Below are positions 58,051-64,000 of a stretch of DNA of 64,000 nt, piece by piece. The translations under genes were made by a program, and so were the position numbers. The stretch's first letter is position 1. Each line of letters opens with the position of its first letter. The notes beneath the pieces are model-generated. The model saw only the letters and a list, made by a program, of their open reading frames with translations. It had not been told where the DNA came from and did not search any database. This DNA is from Candidatus Multivorans sp. GTDB taxonomy: Bacteria > Acidobacteriota > Thermoanaerobaculia > Multivoradales > Multivoraceae. The DNA is taken from assembly GCA_965247095.1 (NCBI GenBank), contig OZ251997.1, positions 702,517 through 766,516 on the forward strand, given 5' to 3'.

Positions 58051-58700
58051 ACGGCCCGGTCGATGTCGGGCGACCGTTCCGGGGCCGGGTCTTCCGTTAC
58101 GGCGACCACGTGAACACGGACGTCATATTCCCGGGCCGCTACACCTACACGAAGAGCCGGCCGGAGGAGGTCGCGCCCCACGCGCTCGAGGACCTCGACC
58201 CGACGTTCGTTGCGCGTGTGCGGTTGGGCGACGTGATCGTCGCCGGCTGGAACTGGGGCTGCGGCTCGAGCCGCGAGCAGGCCGCGGTGTGCCTCCGCTA
58301 CGTCGGGGTCGGCGCGGTGATCGCCCGGAGCTTCGGGCGCATCTTCTACCGCAACGCGCTGAACAACGGCCTGCTCGCGATCGTCTGCCCGGAGGCCGTC
58401 GATGCGTTGGAGGAGGGCGCGGAGGTGGAGGTCGATCTCGAGGGGTCGGTGATCCGCTGCCTCGGTGACTCCGAGTCCGCGAGCGCGGCTTCCGCACCTG
58501 GGCACCCGGGTGGCGCGACCTCATCCGGATCCGCGCGGCAACAGTTCGTCTTCGTCGAGTTCAGCCCCGCCGTGCGTTCGATGATCGCGGCCGGCGGCCT
58601 GATCGAACAGACGAAGCGGCGCCTGGCGGCGAGCCCTGGCAAGGCGGGCGTCCCGCCCGGGCCTGGGAACGCGGGCGTCTCGCCCGCATCCGGCGATTGA
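58047..58700 (+). CDS. homoaconitase / 3-isopropylmalate dehydratase small subunit, with REP2-encoded C-terminal tail
   Basis: GTG 58047 overlaps the preceding stop (GTGA). [26 protein letters not shown] and [18 protein letters not shown] are present. The last ~22 codons (..[22 protein letters not shown]) lie in two tandem REP2 units. Confidence 0.8.
   Translation: MNGPVDVGRPFRGRVFRYGDHVNTDVIFPGRYTYTKSRPEEVAPHALEDLDPTFVARVRLGDVIVAGWNWGCGSSREQAAVCLRYVGVGAVIARSFGRIFYRNALNNGLLAIVCPEAVDALEEGAEVEVDLEGSVIRCLGDSESASAASAPGHPGGATSSGSARQQFVFVEFSPAVRSMIAAGGLIEQTKRRLAASPGKAGVPPGPGNAGVSPASGD
58635..58696. repeat. two tandem REP2 units at the 3' end of the small-subunit gene
   Basis: CCTGGCAAGGCGGGCGTCCCGCCCGG is followed by CCTGGGAACGCGGGCGTCTCGCCCGCATCCGGCGA. 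Each has a GCGGGC-N4-GCCCGC hairpin. Confidence 0.75.
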
Positions 58701-58712
58701 GATGACCCCCTC

Positions 58713-59813
58713 ATGAACTCCGCCACTCAGCCCATCCGCCTCGCCCGCATCGGCGGCGACGGCATCGGCCCCGAGGTTGTGGACGCGGCGGTGCGGGTCG
58801 TTGACGCGGTCTGGGGCGGCGGGGTGGAATGGGTCGAAGCCGAGATGGGCTGGCATACCTTCGAGAGCACCGGCAGCGCGCTTCCGGAGGCAACAGTCGA
58901 TCTCCTCGAAGGCTGTGCCGGCGCGCTGTTCGGCGCCGTCTCGTCGCCGAGCCATGCGGTGGCCGGGTATCGCAGCCCGATCGTCGAGCTGCGGCGGCGC
59001 CTCGATCTCTTCGCGAACGTGCGGCCGCTCCGCGCGATGGCTGGCGCGGACGGCTCCGACGCCGGCTCTCCGACCTGGAAACGCGGGCGTCTCGCCCGTA
59101 TCCGGCGAAGTCCTGGCCGTTGGCCCGCAGTCGACGCCGTCGTCGTGCGCGAGAACACCGAGGGCCTCTACTCCGGCCGGGAGCATTGGGAGAGCGAGGG
59201 CGAGGTAGCGATCGCCGAGCGGGTGATCAGCCGTGCCGCGACGGAACGGATCGCCCGCTTCGCCTGCGAACTGGCGACGTCACGCGCGGCCTCACATGGC
59301 AGGCCGGCCCGGCTCACCGTCGTCCACAAGGCGAACGTCCTACGCCTGAGCGACGGCCTGTTCCGCGAGACGGCGCTCGACGTCGCGGCCGGCTTTCCGG
59401 AGGTCGAGGTCGAGGAGCAACTCGTTGACTCCATGGTCTACCGGCTCATCCTGGAGCCGGAGCGCTACGACGTGATCGTGGCGCCGAACCTCTACGGCGA
59501 CATTCTGAGCGACGCCGGCGTCGCCCTGGTCGGTGGATTGGGCGTAGTCGGCTCCGCCAACTGCGGCGAGCGCTTCTGCCTCGCCGAACCGGTCCACGGC
59601 AGCGCGCCGGACATCGCGGGGCAGGGGATCGCGAATCCGATCGCCGCAGTGTCCGCCGCGGCTCTGCTGCTGGAGCGAGTGGGCCTGGTGGACGGGGCCG
59701 CCCGTCTTGAGCGACTTCTTGCCGACCACCGCGCGGACGGACTGAGGACCCCCGACCGCGGCGGCGCGGCGACGACGGAGGAGGCGGTCGCGGATCTGCT
59801 GGCGCGGGTGTGA
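58713..59813 (+). CDS. homoisocitrate / 3-isopropylmalate dehydrogenase (beta-decarboxylating dehydrogenase family) with an internal REP2 copy
   Basis: IGGDGIGPEV, LFANVRP, VVVRENTEGLYSG, VVHKANVL, APNLYGDILSD and EPVHGSAPDIAGQGIANP are present. The loop between NVRP and VRENTEG is about 20 aa longer than usual. Confidence 0.85.
   Translation: MNSATQPIRLARIGGDGIGPEVVDAAVRVVDAVWGGGVEWVEAEMGWHTFESTGSALPEATVDLLEGCAGALFGAVSSPSHAVAGYRSPIVELRRRLDLFANVRPLRAMAGADGSDAGSPTWKRGRLARIRRSPGRWPAVDAVVVRENTEGLYSGREHWESEGEVAIAERVISRAATERIARFACELATSRAASHGRPARLTVVHKANVLRLSDGLFRETALDVAAGFPEVEVEEQLVDSMVYRLILEPERYDVIVAPNLYGDILSDAGVALVGGLGVVGSANCGERFCLAEPVHGSAPDIAGQGIANPIAAVSAAALLLERVGLVDGAARLERLLADHRADGLRTPDRGGAATTEEAVADLLARV
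59074..59109. repeat. REP2 unit inside the dehydrogenase coding sequence (in frame)
   Basis: CCTGGAAACGCGGGCGTCTCGCCCGTATCCGGCGAA is near-identical to 58662-58696. It translates as ..[13 protein letters not shown].. Confidence 0.75.
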
Positions 59814-59857
59814 GCGGGTCGTGTCCGACCAGAAGCTCTTGCCCGGACACGACCCGC
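59814..59857 (+). terminator. perfect 14-bp inverted repeat directly after the operon stop (terminator-like; no T-run)
   Basis: GCGGGTCGTGTCCG-(16 nt)-CGGACACGACCCGC starts 1 nt after TGA 59811-59813. Confidence 0.4.
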
Positions 59858-59914
59858 GGCTCGGAGTCGCGACTGTGAAGCGGTAGGCTCTTCGACTATA
59901 AGGGGTTCGAGGGA

Positions 59915-60229
59915 ATGATCGATCAGGAGACGCTCGACGAGATCATCCGGCGCGTCGTGGAGGCGGCCGAACCAGAGAGGATCGTCCTGTTCGGGTCCGC
60001 TGGGCGCGGCGACATGGGGCCGCACAGCGACGTGGACTTGCTGGTGGTTGCCAAGGGCGGTGATCGCTGGGATGTCACGACACGGGTCTATGAGCGGTTG
60101 GCAGGTGTGGGCGTGCCAGTCGACGCCGTCCTCGTGACGCCGGCGGATCTGGAGCGCTACAAGGACAGCCTCGGACTGGTCTACAAGCCAGCCCTGGCTG
60201 AGGGACGGGTCGTGTATGAAGCCGCCTGA
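59915..60229 (+). CDS. minimal nucleotidyltransferase (MNT) antitoxin-like protein
   Basis: IVLFGSAGRGDMGPHSDVDLLVV is the GS-x-ARG...DxD pol-beta NTase motif. GAGGGA precedes ATG 59915. Confidence 0.8.
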   Translation: MIDQETLDEIIRRVVEAAEPERIVLFGSAGRGDMGPHSDVDLLVVAKGGDRWDVTTRVYERLAGVGVPVDAVLVTPADLERYKDSLGLVYKPALAEGRVVYEAA

Positions 60230-60608
60230 GCGCTTTCCGCCCGACGATCCCCGCGAGTGGTTGAACCGCGCCCGAAGCAATCTGGAGCTGGCGCGAGCCA
60301 GGAGACCGGGTGTATATCTAGAAGACCTTTGTTTCGAGTTGCAGCAGGCCGCCGAGAAGGCGATCAAGGCGGTCATACTCTCGCGCGGAATCGAACCTCC
60401 GTACACTCACGATCTGGCCGCCTTGCGGTCCGTGCTGGAGGATGGTGGCGAGGAGATTCCGGGCGCGGTCCAGCGCTGCGTGCGACTAACCGTCTATGCG
60501 GTCGGGGCGCGCTACCCGGCCCTCAAACAGGCTGTGACCGAGCAGGAGTACCTGGACGCTATGGAGATCGCCGAGACGGTCGTCCGATGGGCTGGAGAGA
60601 ACTGGTGA
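60216..60608 (+). CDS. HEPN-domain protein (toxin-like partner of MNT)
   Basis: It overlaps the MNT gene by 14 nt. ..QQAAEKAIKAVIL..G...P.THDL..L and ..ARYP.. (the R-x4-6-H region as RGIEPPYTH) are typical of HEPN partners. Confidence 0.75.
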   Translation: MKPPERFPPDDPREWLNRARSNLELARARRPGVYLEDLCFELQQAAEKAIKAVILSRGIEPPYTHDLAALRSVLEDGGEEIPGAVQRCVRLTVYAVGARYPALKQAVTEQEYLDAMEIAETVVRWAGENW

Positions 60609-60655
60609 GTCCTCTTCGTGGTTGTCGAGTCAGTTGTCTGCGCTGACCTGATCGA

Positions 60656-60721
60656 GATGCGGGCAAGATGCCCGCGTTCCCAGAGGTTCGGATGCGGGCA
60701 GGATGCCCGCGTTCCCTGAGG
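60656..60721. repeat. two tandem REP2 units (opposite orientation) between convergent genes
   Basis: GATGCGGGCAAGATGCCCGCGTTCCCAGAGG is followed by TTCG GATGCGGGCAGGATGCCCGCGTTCCCTGAGG. These are reverse complements of the 58.6/59.1 kb units. Confidence 0.8.
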
Positions 60722-60743
60722 CCTCGGCTGTGGCCGCGCAGCC

Positions 60744-64000
<3,257 letters not shown>

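Noticed and set aside
60656-60721. Tandem ~35-bp repeats considered as a possible minimal CRISPR array.
   Set aside because: There are only two units with a 4-nt gap and no spacers. There are no cas genes. The unit matches the REP2 family dispersed elsewhere in the window.

Overview
This is a GC-rich bacterial chromosomal window. Most third codon positions are G/C, which produces many long spurious antisense ORFs in the six-frame track. I count about 58 credible protein genes. They are densely packed and often translationally coupled by 4-nt start/stop overlaps (GTGA, ATGA, TTGA). Left to right, 0-34 kb: the 3' part of a long-form isocitrate lyase, a secreted zinc metalloprotease, an M20 amidohydrolase, a SIMPL lipoprotein, a small OM beta-barrel, fabI, a DMT transporter, two tandem secreted PQQ-type (sorbosone-dehydrogenase-like) paralogues, an aminotransferase, a coupled NTP-transferase-like / sulfatase-fold pair, RNase D with an extra C-terminal domain, efp-epmA, a DUF4097 repeat protein, an EVE-domain protein, arginase, lepA, a divergent DUF3604 pair, hemW, a TPR protein, ddl, and metB behind a clear SAM-I riboswitch. 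From 34 to 48.8 kb: a large CarboxypepD_reg/TonB-dependent receptor, a GT2 + LAB_N pair, a histidine phosphatase, and a complete MoxR-DUF58-Bat operon (batA-E). From 48.8 to 60.7 kb is a more accessory-looking stretch. It holds four type II TA-like pairs (DUF1902/HicA, VapBC, Phd/VapC, MNT/HEPN), small enzymes, one rve-type IS, and a homocitrate-synthase / homoaconitase / homoisocitrate-dehydrogenase-like operon. The window ends inside a large beta-propeller/amidohydrolase gene that runs off the right edge. No rRNA, tRNA or CRISPR array was found. The most unusual points supported by the sequence: (1) two families of REP-like palindromic repeats, several copies of which sit in frame inside or at the 3' end of otherwise conserved genes; (2) a run of 34 consecutive Pro codons linking a dehydrogenase to an unnamed Cys-containing C-terminal module; (3) a sharp ~336-nt gene-conversion tract between the tandem paralogues; (4) an RNase D-UbiC-like fusion; (5) a terminator-type leader plus an IS immediately upstream of the lysine(AAA)-like operon. 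I did not find a convincing multi-gene system built entirely of unrecognisable proteins. The best candidate for uncharacterised biochemistry is the coupled NTP-transferase-like / Thr-type sulfatase-fold pair at 12.9-15.2 kb. As inference only, the gene content (CarboxypepD_reg-TonB receptors, Bat operon, DUF3604, sulfatase-fold enzymes) suggests an environmental Acidobacteriota-like or similar lineage.
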